From Advenella kashmirensis (lineage in GTDB: Bacteria > Pseudomonadota > Gammaproteobacteria > Burkholderiales > Burkholderiaceae_B), in the NCBI GenBank assembly GCA_040393685.1, contig JBEBTQ010000001.1:1-32358 (forward strand): a stretch of DNA of 32,358 bases, read 5' to 3'. The notes below the pieces were generated by a model. That model saw only the letters and a list, made by a program, of their open reading frames with translations, was not told the origin of the DNA and did no database searches. Shown here piece after piece: positions 9,587 to 20,124 of this stretch. Each line of letters opens with the position of its first letter. The stretch's first letter is position 1. The position numbers and the translations under genes were made by a program.

Positions 9587-10777
9587 ATGTCTAAACCACT
9601 CGATGGAATCAAAGTTCTGGAATTGGGCCAGTTGATTGCCGGTCCTTTCGCAACCAAAATGCTGGCGGAATTTGGCGCGGAAGTCATCAAGATAGAACCG
9701 CCGGGTGCCGGCGATCCGCTCAGGAAATGGCGGCTGTTGCATGAAGGAACTTCTGTGTGGTGGGCTTCCCAGTCTCGCAACAAGAAGTCGGTCACGCTCA
9801 GTCTGCACGAACCGGAAGGGCAGGAACTGATTCGCCGCCTCGTGGCAGACATTGACGTGATCGTTGAAAATTTCCGACCCGGCACCTTGGAGAAATGGAA
9901 TCTGGGGTTTGATGTATTGAAAAAAATCAATCCCAAATTGATCATGCTGCGCGTGTCGGGCTATGGTCAGACTGGTCCATACAAAGACCTGCCGGGTTTT
10001 GGTGTGGTAGGCGAGGCAATGGGTGGCCTGCGTCATCTAAGTGGTGAGCCTGACAGGCCACCTGTGCGGGTCGGCATCTCTATTGGTGATTCCCTGTCTG
10101 CATTGCATGGCGTCATTGGTGTATTGCTGGCCCTGCGCCATCGTGACCAGTTCGCAGGTGAGGGACAGGTCATTGATGTAGCACTGTACGAGTCTGTCTT
10201 CAACATGATGGAAAGTACCATTGCAGAATATTCTGTTTTTGGAGAAGTCCGTCAGCCCGCGGGCAGCAGTCTGCCGGGCATCACGCCAAGTAACGCCTAC
10301 CGCTGTGCCGACGATAAATATGCCTTGATTGCCGGCAATGGCGACAGCATATTCAAGCGCCTGATGTCACTGATCGGGCGCGATGACATCGGCAACGATC
10401 CTGCATTCCAATATAACGATGGCAGATCGAAACAGGCGGAGTATATCGATAGTGTCATAGGGCAGTGGACTGCACAGCACACGCTTGAACAGGTGCTGGA
10501 ACAACTGCATGCCCATCGTATTCCCGGTGGTCGTGTTTATGACGCCGCAGATATCGCACAGGATCCGCATTATCGTGCGCGCGAGATGCTGATTGAGGGT
10601 GAGCTTGAAGACGGAACGCCCGTTACATTGCCTGGCATTGTCCCGAAATTGAGCGATACCCCTGGTGGCGTACATCGCCGTGCGCCCACCCTGGGACAGG
10701 ACACGCAGGAAATTCTTGACCGACTTGGTGTGGACGCAGCAACCCGCGAGGACTGGAAAGCGCGCGGCATTATTTAG
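9587..10777 (+). CDS. CaiB/BaiF (family III) CoA transferase
   Basis: Motifs PLDGIKVLELGQLIAGP, RNKKS, ENFRPG, SGYGQTGPY and APTLGQ. Confidence 0.93.
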   Translation: MSKPLDGIKVLELGQLIAGPFATKMLAEFGAEVIKIEPPGAGDPLRKWRLLHEGTSVWWASQSRNKKSVTLSLHEPEGQELIRRLVADIDVIVENFRPGTLEKWNLGFDVLKKINPKLIMLRVSGYGQTGPYKDLPGFGVVGEAMGGLRHLSGEPDRPPVRVGISIGDSLSALHGVIGVLLALRHRDQFAGEGQVIDVALYESVFNMMESTIAEYSVFGEVRQPAGSSLPGITPSNAYRCADDKYALIAGNGDSIFKRLMSLIGRDDIGNDPAFQYNDGRSKQAEYIDSVIGQWTAQHTLEQVLEQLHAHRIPGGRVYDAADIAQDPHYRAREMLIEGELEDGTPVTLPGIVPKLSDTPGGVHRRAPTLGQDTQEILDRLGVDAATREDWKARGII

Positions 10778-10879
10778 CTGTTGCATCACTAAGCTGCACA
10801 AGCATTGTCGACATATCAAGACTGTTATCTGGCGGTTGTCATTGAATGGACGCCGCCTGGACCGAACACGGAACACATC

Positions 10880-11818
10880 ATGACAAAACTGTTTATCCAG
10901 GAAGTTGCGCCGCGCGATGGCTTTCAGAACGAATCACAATTTATCAATACCGAAGACAAGATTGCAATTGTGAATCGTCTGGGCGAATGCGGATATGCAA
11001 AGATTGAAGTTACCTCATTTACTTCACCCAAGGCGATTCCGGCGCTGAAAGATGCAGAAGCAGTGATGCATCAGATCGTACGCAATCCAAATGTGATTTA
11101 TACCGTGCTGGTGCCCAATCTGCGAGGTGCAGAGCGAGCCATGATCTGTGGTGTGGACGAAATCAATCTGGTGATGTCGGTCAGCGAAACGCATAATCTG
11201 TCGAATTTACGGATGGGTCGTGAGCGCTCGTTTGCACAACTGGCGGCCGTCATTGCCGAAGTCAAAAGTACAAATGTGGCTATCAACGTTTCCCTGTCTA
11301 CTGTGTTTGGCTGTCCGATGCAGGGCGATATCGATCTGACAGATGTACTGCAGTGGGTAGATCGATTTGCGCAGCTGGGTGTTCATGGCATTACGCTGTG
11401 CGATACCACTGGCATGGCTTATCCCACGCAGACGGCAGGCATTTTCAACGCGGTACTGCAGCGCTTCGGTGATTTGGAAGTGACTGCACATTTTCATAAC
11501 ACGCGCGGCATGGCATTGGCCAACACGATCGCGGCATTGGAATCAGGTGTTGTGAGATTTGACAGTTCACTCGGCGGACTCGGTGGTTGTCCTTATGCAC
11601 CTGGGGCGTCTGGCAATGTCAGTACCGAGGATCTTGTCCATATGCTGCAATTGATGGGTCATGACATGGGTGTGGATTTGCCCGCCATTATGGATATCAG
11701 CAGGGATCTGCCTGCACTTATCGGTCATCCCGTGAACAGTCAGACACTGGCTGCCGGCACCCGGACGTCTCTGCATCCCGTTCCCGATTACGTGCATGAT
11801 TTGCAGCAACAACAGTAG
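10880..11818 (+). CDS. Hydroxymethylglutaryl-CoA lyase family (DRE-TIM)
   Basis: Motifs EVAPRDGFQNE, HFHNTRG and GGLGGCPYAPGASGNVSTED. Confidence 0.92.
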   Translation: MTKLFIQEVAPRDGFQNESQFINTEDKIAIVNRLGECGYAKIEVTSFTSPKAIPALKDAEAVMHQIVRNPNVIYTVLVPNLRGAERAMICGVDEINLVMSVSETHNLSNLRMGRERSFAQLAAVIAEVKSTNVAINVSLSTVFGCPMQGDIDLTDVLQWVDRFAQLGVHGITLCDTTGMAYPTQTAGIFNAVLQRFGDLEVTAHFHNTRGMALANTIAALESGVVRFDSSLGGLGGCPYAPGASGNVSTEDLVHMLQLMGHDMGVDLPAIMDISRDLPALIGHPVNSQTLAAGTRTSLHPVPDYVHDLQQQQ

Positions 11819-11951
11819 GGCCTGCGGATCGAAACCCATCTACTGTGGGTCCGCATCCGTCTACATAACATTTCATCTATAGCGTAGCCCATCCCCGAAA
11901 CTGCATCTGAGAAGACTCAGATATCAATATTGAAATAAAAACGGAGACAAT

Positions 11952-12941
11952 ATGAAACAGCAACTATTCAAGTTATCACTCATCACTTTCACGCTGGGCG
12001 CCATGGGCGCGGCAGCTGTCAGCCATGCAGCGGAGGGTAGCGGCTATCCGCAGCGGCCCATCTCCCTGATCGTATCGGCAGCACCCGGTGGTACAACGGA
12101 TCTGGCGGCGCGCATGATCGCGGATCCATTAAGCAAGGAACTGGGTCAGCCTGTCGTCGTGGAAAATAAACCTGGCGCTTCGGGCGGGATTGCTGCGCAG
12201 CAGGTTCTGCGTTCGAAACCGGATGGCTACAATTTGCTGTTGCAGTATTCCGGCTATCAGGTCATTACACCCAGCATTGAAAAAGTACAGTGGGATCCAG
12301 TCAAAGATTTCACGCCCATTGCAAATGTGTTATCAGCACCTCAGGTACTGGTCGTGAAAAAAGATCTGCCAGTCAATAGCCTGAAGGAGCTGGTGCAATA
12401 TGCCAAAGACAATCCTGGAAAATTGAATTACGCCTCGTCCGGAACGGGTGCGCTGCAACACGTTGCCACGGAACAGCTGAATCAGATGGCTGGAATCAAG
12501 ACCACGCATGTGCCATACAAGGGTACGGGTCCTGCTCTCACCGACCTGCTTGCCGGGGTCGTTGACATGACAATCACAACACCGCCACCGCTGTTGCCCC
12601 ATATCAAATCGGGTGCACTTAAAGCATTGGTGGTCACGAGCAATGAGCCACTGGCTTCTCTGCCAGATGTGCCTACTGCAGAAGCTGCCGGTTATCCGGA
12701 TCTTCAGGTGTCCTCCTGGTTTGCCATGTATGGTCCTAAAGGGTTGCCCAAAGAGGTGGTAGAACGCCTTGACACAGCAATTCAAAAAATCATGGCCACA
12801 CCGGAATACAAAAAGAAAGCAGAAGGACTGGGTGCGAACGCAGAGTACATGGGGCCGCAGAAACTTGGAGCCTACACAGCAGAGGAACTTGCCCGCTGGA
12901 AGAAAGTGATTGATGCTGCAGGCATAAAAGGCGGTAATTGA
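11952..12941 (+). CDS. Bug/TctC tripartite tricarboxylate transporter substrate-binding protein
   Basis: Signal peptide, then YPQRPI..IV..APGGTTD, VENKPGASG, PDGY and HVPYKG. Confidence 0.93.
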   Translation: MKQQLFKLSLITFTLGAMGAAAVSHAAEGSGYPQRPISLIVSAAPGGTTDLAARMIADPLSKELGQPVVVENKPGASGGIAAQQVLRSKPDGYNLLLQYSGYQVITPSIEKVQWDPVKDFTPIANVLSAPQVLVVKKDLPVNSLKELVQYAKDNPGKLNYASSGTGALQHVATEQLNQMAGIKTTHVPYKGTGPALTDLLAGVVDMTITTPPPLLPHIKSGALKALVVTSNEPLASLPDVPTAEAAGYPDLQVSSWFAMYGPKGLPKEVVERLDTAIQKIMATPEYKKKAEGLGANAEYMGPQKLGAYTAEELARWKKVIDAAGIKGGN

Positions 12942-12958
12942 TTTTCGCTACTGCGTGG

Positions 12959-12987
12959 GCACTGCGTGTTCGTTATTGACGCAGTGC
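12959..12987. terminator. Intergenic hairpin (possible terminator or mRNA stabiliser)
   Basis: Stem GCACTGCGT / ACGCAGTGC, with no clear U-tract. Confidence 0.35.
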
Positions 12988-13096
12988 CGCCGCATTTGCG
13001 CTACCGGGTAAATTTCCGGAATGCGGAGTATGTGTGCCGTTCGCTTCCTTATTGCATATATGATATTGGCATATTTTTTATGATGGGGAGAGAACA

Positions 13097-14047
13097 TTGA
13101 AGAAAACGGCATTATCGCTCATTCTGGCATTGACATCAGCCAGCGCCATGGCGGCTTATCCGGAAAAGCCCATCGTCATGATCATTCCCTTTCCGCCGGG
13201 GCAGGCGACCGATATTTTTGCGCGTGCCCTTGCTGATGAATTGGGCAAGACCATGGGCAAACCGGTAATCACAGAAAACAAAGCCGGCGCAGGAAGCAAT
13301 ATCGGCATGCAGCAGGCAGTTCGGGCAAAACCGGATGGCTACACAATTGTTGTCGGAGGCAGCGCCGCTGCCGTCAATCAGACCCTGTACAAGAATGTCG
13401 GCTATAGTCTGGAAAAAGATCTGAAAGCGGTCTCGGGCGTTTTCTCTGTACCACTGATTTTTCTGTCGAATCCGCAGACAGGCATTCAATCTCTGAAGGA
13501 TGTCATTGATAAATCCAAAGCCCAACCTGAATCATTGGCCTATGCCAGTGCCGGCATCGGCGGCACACAGCATTTGTCGGCTGAAATGTTCCAGGCCGCT
13601 ACCGGCATCAAACTGCGCCATATCCCCTACAAGGGCAGTGGTCCGGCACAATCCGATTTTATCGGCAATCAGGTGCCACTCATGGTGGATTCGGTAACGG
13701 CAGCGCTGCCTTATATCAAGGATAAGAAGGCCATCGGGCTGGGCGTGACGACAGCCGCCAGACTCAAGGATTTGCCGGATGTTCCGACAGTTGCCGAAAC
13801 CGTGCCTGGATTTGAAGCCACAGGCTGGGCAACGGTGTTCGTGCCCAAGGATACGCCTTCAGATATCGTACAGAAACTGAACAGCGAAATCGTCAATGCA
13901 TTGCAGGGACCGAAACTGTCTGCATTTATCTCTGATCGTGGTGCAGTACCTATGCCGCAGACGACAGAGCAGGCTGCGGAATTTATTCATACCGAAGTGC
14001 AGAAGTGGGGCAAGGCAGTCAAGGATTCCGGCGCGACCGTAGACTAG
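13097..14047 (+). CDS. Second Bug/TctC substrate-binding protein
   Basis: TTG start after GGGGAG, signal peptide, then YPEKPI...PPGQATD, ENKAGAG and HIPYKG. Confidence 0.92.
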   Translation: MKKTALSLILALTSASAMAAYPEKPIVMIIPFPPGQATDIFARALADELGKTMGKPVITENKAGAGSNIGMQQAVRAKPDGYTIVVGGSAAAVNQTLYKNVGYSLEKDLKAVSGVFSVPLIFLSNPQTGIQSLKDVIDKSKAQPESLAYASAGIGGTQHLSAEMFQAATGIKLRHIPYKGSGPAQSDFIGNQVPLMVDSVTAALPYIKDKKAIGLGVTTAARLKDLPDVPTVAETVPGFEATGWATVFVPKDTPSDIVQKLNSEIVNALQGPKLSAFISDRGAVPMPQTTEQAAEFIHTEVQKWGKAVKDSGATVD

Positions 14048-14076
14048 CGCAAAAGCAGCCTGACTGGATGGGCGGC

Positions 14077-14745
14077 TTAACCTGTCTTGCGAAAAGTCAG
14101 GTTGATTCGGTTTGAGCCCAGAATGGGGTGCGGATGATCCTTGATCGTCATAACACCATGGTATCTAAGCCTGTCGGGCCCACCCCAGACCACAACATCG
14201 CCATGAAAGAGCGATACTCTTTCCGTTTTATCGCTGCGCTTTAGCCCGCCGAACTGAAAAATGGCAGGCATACCCAGCGAGACAGACACGATGGGCGCGG
14301 AAAAATCGGTCTCGTCTTTGTCCTGATGCAGACTCAGTTTTGAACCCGGCACATATCGATTGATTAGGCACGAATCTGGGTTGAAATTGTCGATTCCACA
14401 GCGGCTGGCCGCGCTCACGGCCAGTGTTCGAAACAGTTCAGGCATGTCTGGCCAGGGTTCTCCCGTTTCAGGGTCAATCGCGGCGTATCGATAACCTTGA
14501 CGATCCGCTGTCCAGCCGACCTTACCGCAACAGGTCAGCGCGACCGACATGGTATAACCGCCAGGTGTTACCATATGGCGGAAGGGAGACTGCCTGCGAA
14601 TCTGACGCAATGCATCCAGAATACGATTGTCATATTCGCTTGCGAATTGACGCAAAACCCATGCTGCGGGCCCAAGTTGCTGATCCATCGTGGCGTCAGC
14701 AGGCAAGGGCAGGGTGTCAGGCGGGAAAAGATTCTGGCTACTCAT
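14077..14745 (-). CDS. alkB: DNA oxidative demethylase AlkB
   Basis: Motifs FRHMVTPGGYTMSV, CLINRY.PGSKLSLHQDKDE, RYHGV and RINLTFR. Confidence 0.93.
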   Translation of the reverse strand: MSSQNLFPPDTLPLPADATMDQQLGPAAWVLRQFASEYDNRILDALRQIRRQSPFRHMVTPGGYTMSVALTCCGKVGWTADRQGYRYAAIDPETGEPWPDMPELFRTLAVSAASRCGIDNFNPDSCLINRYVPGSKLSLHQDKDETDFSAPIVSVSLGMPAIFQFGGLKRSDKTERVSLFHGDVVVWGGPDRLRYHGVMTIKDHPHPILGSNRINLTFRKTG

Positions 14746-14864
14746 GACATTGACATGCGTAAATTGATATTTGAAAAAACAAAAGCGCACCGCGAACTGC
14801 AAGCATCTGGTAATCTGTGCTGTGGTCTAATGTTTCAGTTAAATATACAGTATTCCTGTTTCTC

Positions 14865-16094
14865 ATGTCTGACAATCATCCGCAGCAACAATACCTGAGT
14901 ACCCCCGTTCTTCTTCTGATGGCAATTGCCTGCGGACTGTGCGCCGGAGGCAATTATTTCAATCAGCCGCTGCTGCATTCCATTTCGCTGGATCTGGGCA
15001 TCTCCGAAACCAAGGCTGCACTGACAGTCACTGTGGCTCAGGTAAGTTATGCGCTGGGCTTGCTGTTCATTGTACCCTTAGGCGACAAACTGGATCGTCG
15101 GCAGCTGTCTGTCGGATTGATGGTGCTGGCTGCCATAGGACAGTTCATCAGTGGCTTTGCCCATAATAGCGGTATGTTGTTTACCGGTGTCGGAATGGCA
15201 GGACTGTTTTCGGTGGCCGCGCAGGTGTTGGTTCCGATGGCTGCCATACTGTCGGCACCCAGTCGTAGCGGGCGCGCCGTCGGGATGGTGATGAGCGGTC
15301 TGCTGACTGGCATTCTGCTGGCTCGAAGCGTGGCCGGCCTGCTTTCCGGCATAGGTGGCTGGTCTACAGTCTATGTCGTTTCCGGCGTGATCATGCTTGT
15401 GATTGCCAGTACCTTGTGGTTCAAACTCCCAGCATCGCGCAATCCACATACTGCCGGATATTTGTCGATTCTGGCTTCGCTGTTTACGCTGTTGCGCGAG
15501 CAGCCGCGTTTGCGCACGCGGGCACTGATGGGCGGTCTTGCTTTTGCGTCGGTCAGTGCGCTTTTCTCTACAATGGCCTTGCTCCTGGCCGGCCCAGCGC
15601 ATGGCCTGAGTGATGTGGCTATCGGCCTGGTAGGTCTGGCCGGTGTCATGGGGGCAATGATGGCTTCCCTTGCCGGCCGGCTCGCCGATCGCGGATTGGG
15701 GGACACCGTTTCCACTGTCAGTGTGATATTGCTGGTGATCAGTTGGGGATTGTTGTGGCTTGGCATCGATAATCTATGGTGGTTTCTGGCAGGTATGCTG
15801 ATTATTGATCTGGCTCTGCAGGGTGTGCATATCAATAATCAGACGATCATCTTTGCCTTGCTGCCACAAGCCCGCTCTCGATTGAATGCTGTTTACATGA
15901 CAAGTTATTTCATTGGTGGTGCGTCTGGCTCAACGCTGGGTACACTGGCATGGACTCAAGGCGGCTGGACTGGTACTTGTGTGCTGGGTGCTATATTGGC
16001 AGTAATGACGGGTGTGGCAACTGTCGCCGACCGTCGGGTAAAAGCCAAAGCGCATGCCGCGCCTGCCGAAAAACCGGCGATGAGCCGCGGCTGA
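14865..16094 (+). CDS. MFS transporter (12-TM, uncharacterised)
   Basis: Motifs NYFNQPLL, PLGDKLDRR, GRLADRG and ARSRLNAVYM. Confidence 0.9.
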   Translation: MSDNHPQQQYLSTPVLLLMAIACGLCAGGNYFNQPLLHSISLDLGISETKAALTVTVAQVSYALGLLFIVPLGDKLDRRQLSVGLMVLAAIGQFISGFAHNSGMLFTGVGMAGLFSVAAQVLVPMAAILSAPSRSGRAVGMVMSGLLTGILLARSVAGLLSGIGGWSTVYVVSGVIMLVIASTLWFKLPASRNPHTAGYLSILASLFTLLREQPRLRTRALMGGLAFASVSALFSTMALLLAGPAHGLSDVAIGLVGLAGVMGAMMASLAGRLADRGLGDTVSTVSVILLVISWGLLWLGIDNLWWFLAGMLIIDLALQGVHINNQTIIFALLPQARSRLNAVYMTSYFIGGASGSTLGTLAWTQGGWTGTCVLGAILAVMTGVATVADRRVKAKAHAAPAEKPAMSRG

Positions 16095-16141
16095 ACAGTT
16101 ATCGCAATTTTTAGAACAATATTTTTGACAAGGAGACATAC

Positions 16142-16744
16142 ATGAAAATTTTTTATTCGTCTGCATCACCCTTTGTGCGCAAGACCATGATCGTGGCTGA
16201 AGAGCTGGGCATCAACGACAGAATAGAACGCTTGCCTGCCGCTGCGAGCCCGGTCAAACGCGATACGAGCATTCTTCCGTACAACCCACTGGCCCAGGTT
16301 CCCACGTTTTTCACCGATGATGAACAGGTTCTCTTCGACAGCAAGGTCATCTGTGAATACCTCAACACCACATTTAAAGGCAATCTCTTTGGTGATGAGC
16401 AGACGCGCTGGAAAATGCTGACTGATCACGCTGCAGCCGATGGCATTATTGCTGCCGCTTTGCTTGTGCGATATGAATTGCTGGCAAGACCAGAAGAACT
16501 GCAGTGGAAGGAATGGCTGGACGGCCAGACCGATAAAATAACAACAACGCTGCAGTACTTTGAGGATAAGGCCAAAGAACTGGAAGACAGAATTGATATC
16601 GTTACGATCACTCTGGCGTGTGCAGTGGATTATCTGGACTTCAGATTGCCCGATTACAACTGGCAAGGGCGTTTTCCTGCACTGAAGTCATGGTATGAAA
16701 AATTTTCAGTGCGTCCGAGTATCGCAACAACCAAACCCAAATAA
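16142..16744 (+). CDS. Glutathione S-transferase family protein
   Basis: Motifs SASPFVRK, NPLAQVP, LFDSKVICEYL and RPS. Good RBS AAGGAG. Confidence 0.92.
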   Translation: MKIFYSSASPFVRKTMIVAEELGINDRIERLPAAASPVKRDTSILPYNPLAQVPTFFTDDEQVLFDSKVICEYLNTTFKGNLFGDEQTRWKMLTDHAAADGIIAAALLVRYELLARPEELQWKEWLDGQTDKITTTLQYFEDKAKELEDRIDIVTITLACAVDYLDFRLPDYNWQGRFPALKSWYEKFSVRPSIATTKPK

Positions 16745-16812
16745 GTTCCGGTTGCTGCGGTCTTGCCAGATCAGATCCATCACGATGTAGAACACGGCAT
16801 TGAGGCAAACGC

Positions 16813-18537
16813 ATGACAGACAGACGTGCTTTTCTTCAGTTCATAATGGCGGCGGGCGGCGCGTGCATGCAGGCGCCATTGAAGGCGCAGGAGGGCATGG
16901 AACAGTTCTATGATCTTCCACCTTTCGGTAATGTCACTCTGCTGCACATTACCGATCTGCTGGATCAATGGAAACCGCTATATTATCGAGAGCCTGCCGG
17001 GCAGATATTGCCTGAATCATCTGCGAATCGCGCGTTAACGGTATCCGGCGACGAACTGCTGCAATATTACAATCTCATGATCGGTTCTGCCCAGGCATAT
17101 GCATTCAGCAGCGCAGATTATGAGGCATCGGCCAAGGACTACGGCATGCTTGGAGGTGTGGCCCATCTGGCCACGTTGATACACATCGTCCGGAAAACGC
17201 GAAAGAACGCAATATTAATGGATGGTGGCAATGGAGCCAGCACATCCTGGGCACCCTGGGCATCAAAAGCGGCCGTAACGAGGATATGCGGGGAATTGAA
17301 AATTGATCTGGCATTGCCGGACGGAGATTCAATCGCAGACGAAATGCCGGACGGAACATCCGGCTACATCGCCCGGAATCTGGTCAGCAAACAGAATGAC
17401 GGAGGGGCGTTGCCACCTTACAGCCTGTTTCGCAGGGACGGCAGAATCATCGCTGTTATTGGACAGCTGGCACATAATGAAGCGCGGCACCCTTTAACCG
17501 ATACGCTTGAATCAGCGGATGCGCAGAGTGCAGAAGTCGGCGCAGAATTTGACGTTCAGTTTGATCCTGCCGGCCTGCAAAAGACTGTTGATGAGGTTCG
17601 CGACAAAGGTGCAATTGCAGTTGTGTTACTGTCACGTGCCGGCATTGATGCGGATCTGCAACTGGCAGCACACGTGACTGGCATTGATGTAATCCTGGGT
17701 GGCCGATCGCTAACACCGCTGCCAGAACCAATTACGGTGAAAAATAAAAAAGGCAAAACCCTGGTAACCAATGCAGGTGCACAGGGTCGCTTCCTGGGTG
17801 TGATGGATATGCAGATCGGCAAACGCGGCGTACTCGATTTTCGCTATAACCTGCTGCCCGTTGTACAAAGCTTTCTACCGGCAGACCGCAAGATGGATGA
17901 GCAGATCAGGCTAGCCTATGAATCCGGATCTGAAAACCTTGCTGCCAAACTTTCGGTCACCCAATCTTTGCTATATCGAAGAGGCAGCTTCAATGGAAGC
18001 TGGGATGAGTTATTGCTGGATGCCATGATGCAGCATACGGGGGCAGATGTTGCAGCCTTCCCGGGCTACCGATGGGGAAGTACATTGCTAGCCGGTACCA
18101 CGATTACGCTCGAAGACGTGGTGCAGCAGACGGCGCGCGGCCCGGAGCATATTGCCGTTGGCATGCTTGATGGCATGCAGATCAGAGATATGCTGGAAGC
18201 GGCTGCAGATGACGTTTTCAATCACGATCCTGCTCATCGCACTGCGCTGGATATGCTGCGCACTAAGGGGATAGACTACACGCTATTGCCGGAGAAGGGT
18301 AAAGGCATGAGGATTGCAGATGTCATAATCGGTAATCATCCGCTTGAGCCGGAACGCAAGTATCGTATGGCAGGGTGGGGCGTCGACCTGGGAGATGAGG
18401 CATCAGGCGACGCGCGAGTGCAGGACGTGCTGGCGAATTACCTCCGACAGAAAAGAACAGTCTCGATAGAAAAAACATTCCGTCCAACTCTTGCAGATGC
18501 GGAAAAGACATCAGAGCGCGTCGAGAAGTCCGACTAA
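16813..18537 (+). CDS. SoxB / 5'-nucleotidase-fold protein with Tat signal and degenerate metal-binding motifs
   Basis: Tat motif DRRAFLQ. SoxB-like segments YDLPPFGNVTLLHITD, YYREP, GGVAHLATL, LYRRGSFNGSWD and PGYRWG. Confidence 0.8.
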   Translation: MTDRRAFLQFIMAAGGACMQAPLKAQEGMEQFYDLPPFGNVTLLHITDLLDQWKPLYYREPAGQILPESSANRALTVSGDELLQYYNLMIGSAQAYAFSSADYEASAKDYGMLGGVAHLATLIHIVRKTRKNAILMDGGNGASTSWAPWASKAAVTRICGELKIDLALPDGDSIADEMPDGTSGYIARNLVSKQNDGGALPPYSLFRRDGRIIAVIGQLAHNEARHPLTDTLESADAQSAEVGAEFDVQFDPAGLQKTVDEVRDKGAIAVVLLSRAGIDADLQLAAHVTGIDVILGGRSLTPLPEPITVKNKKGKTLVTNAGAQGRFLGVMDMQIGKRGVLDFRYNLLPVVQSFLPADRKMDEQIRLAYESGSENLAAKLSVTQSLLYRRGSFNGSWDELLLDAMMQHTGADVAAFPGYRWGSTLLAGTTITLEDVVQQTARGPEHIAVGMLDGMQIRDMLEAAADDVFNHDPAHRTALDMLRTKGIDYTLLPEKGKGMRIADVIIGNHPLEPERKYRMAGWGVDLGDEASGDARVQDVLANYLRQKRTVSIEKTFRPTLADAEKTSERVEKSD

Positions 18538-19532
18538 AGACGAATCAGACGTTTGCCAAGATTTTTTCCCTGATACAACTCTTCGATCGCCCCCATTGCG
18601 GATGCCAGACCATCGCTGATCTCTTCGCGATAGCTAATGTCCCCGGATCTGACCAACGCTTCCAGCTGACTGACATATTTTGAGTAAGTGTCTTTATGAT
18701 CGAAAAGAATGAAACCTTCCATTCTTGCCCGTCGGGTCAGCAAAATGCGATTGACCCGTGGTCCCATGGGTGGAGGATTCCAGGAGGCAATAGAGGCGGT
18801 GCCACAAACAACCACGCGCGCGCCTATCGCTAGATGCTGCATGACCACGTCTGAAATACTGCCGGCGGTATTATCAAAGTAAACGTTCACCCCATCCGGG
18901 CACATGCGCTTGACGGCTTCATCAATATTATCGGTTTTGTAATTGATGGCGTGATCGTATTTGAAGTCATACAGACATGCCCTGACCTTATCCGCCGATC
19001 CGGTCAGACCTACCGTTCGACACCCCAGGGCTTTGGCCAATTGACCAACACATGAACCGACGCCACCCGCTGCGGTTGACACGACAACGGTGTCTCCCGG
19101 CTGAGGAGACCCAAGCTTGTCCAATGCAGTTGCTGCAGTAACGCCATTCAAACCCAGCACACCCAGATAGAGCGAAGCAGGCAAATCGCTTGCGGTGATC
19201 TTCTGAACCACGGCCTCTGCCTTGACCACTGCGTAGTGCTGCCAGCCAAACCAGCCCATGACGCGTTCACCTTTCTGGTAGCCTTCGGCAAGCGATTCTT
19301 CCACAACGCCGACGCACAATGATCGCATGATATCGCCGACCTTAACGCTGGCATAATTCTGGGCGTCTGCCAGCCACCCGCGCATGGCGGGCTCAACGGA
19401 AAGCCATTCATTTCGCACCCGCATCTGTCCCGGTTCTACCGGCGGCACCTCTGCTTTTTCGATCCTGAAAGTCTCTGCAGTGGGTATGCCGGTGGGTTTC
19501 GAAACGACCCGAATCAATTCGTTGGCCAGCAT
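18534..19532 (-). CDS. NADP-dependent oxidoreductase (PTGR/CurA-like MDR)
   Basis: Motifs LSVEPAMRGW, LGVLGLNG, AAGGVGSCVGQ, YFDN and GKNLGK. RBS AAGGAG. Confidence 0.92.
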   Translation of the reverse strand: MLANELIRVVSKPTGIPTAETFRIEKAEVPPVEPGQMRVRNEWLSVEPAMRGWLADAQNYASVKVGDIMRSLCVGVVEESLAEGYQKGERVMGWFGWQHYAVVKAEAVVQKITASDLPASLYLGVLGLNGVTAATALDKLGSPQPGDTVVVSTAAGGVGSCVGQLAKALGCRTVGLTGSADKVRACLYDFKYDHAINYKTDNIDEAVKRMCPDGVNVYFDNTAGSISDVVMQHLAIGARVVVCGTASIASWNPPPMGPRVNRILLTRRARMEGFILFDHKDTYSKYVSQLEALVRSGDISYREEISDGLASAMGAIEELYQGKNLGKRLIRL

Positions 19533-19571
19533 GGTGTTGTCTCCTTCTTTTGTGCTTGCGCGTTGCGGATA

Positions 19572-19841
19572 TTAAGGCAGATCAGCCTGGGGCCGATCTG
19601 CCAATATTCTTGCTGCAATATTATCAGGCAGAGTGACAGTGTACTTGTTTGTGGGGTTGGCGGAGGGCGCCGGCACGGGGCGCTTGTCATCAAAATAAAA
19701 TTCGAGCGCGGTCAACAGGCAATCGTGTGCCATATCAATGGCTTCTGCTTCTGTTTCACCATAACTGATGGCTTCCAGAATATCCGGCAATGTGACCATA
19801 AACCCAGGTCCGTCGGGTGTTAATACAAATGGATACTTCAT
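19572..19841 (-). pseudogene. hicB: HicB-family antitoxin, C-terminally truncated, no hicA
   Basis: HicB domain MKYP..LTPD..GFMVTLPDILEAISYGETEAEA..MA.DCL.TALEFYFDDKRPVPAPS. The ORF ends at LPDNIAARIL, where the DNA-binding domain normally starts. Confidence 0.75.
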
Positions 19842-19990
19842 ATGAAAAGATGGATGTTGTGCTCGCCTTTAGAAGGCTTGGCGAATACGCTGCAGGATTA
19901 AGCGCTTTTGATTCATCAAGATGAGTAAGAATAATTGGCTTATTTTTTATTTCTTGATTTGCATCATAGTGAGCATTTACGACGAACATA

Positions 19991-20024
19991 TAAAAACGCA
20001 ATGGGCTGACGAGCAGCCCATGCG
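19991..20024 (-). terminator. Intrinsic terminator of the antisense RNA
   Basis: Stem CGCA-A-TGGGCTG / CAGCCCA-TGCG, with AAAAA at 19992-19996 forming the U-tract on the minus strand. Confidence 0.75.
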
Positions 20025-20063
20025 AACCCGGATGAACCGGGGGGATCTGAAAAGGAGATTGCG

Positions 20064-20124
20064 ATGAAGCGTATCGCATTTCCTGATCGGCAGGCTGTTA
20101 GTGTTCGCAGCACCAGCCTACTAA
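20064..20124 (+). pseudogene. Ibs-like type I toxin peptide with a 1-nt insertion
   Basis: AAGGAG, 6 nt, ATG. ATG to TAA spans 61 nt. Removing one T of TTT (20079-20081) gives MKRIAFLIGRLLVFAAPAY* (19 aa). As written it reads 37 aa to the TAA at 20177. Confidence 0.7.

Noticed and set aside
14833-14852. LexA/SOS box upstream of alkB
   Set aside because: Only one good half-site (TACTGTATAT on the minus strand) is present, and the second half does not fit CTGT-N8-ACAG.
20001-20045. Hammerhead-ribozyme-like core CTGACGA...CGAA with two hairpins
   Set aside because: It has GAAC instead of GAAA, no UH cleavage triplet and no stem I partner. The bases are better explained as the terminator hairpin.
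19756-20079. 107-aa minus-strand ORF as hicA
   Set aside because: It shows no HicA motif (e.g. GSH...VP.H) in register and runs through the antisense RNA terminator.
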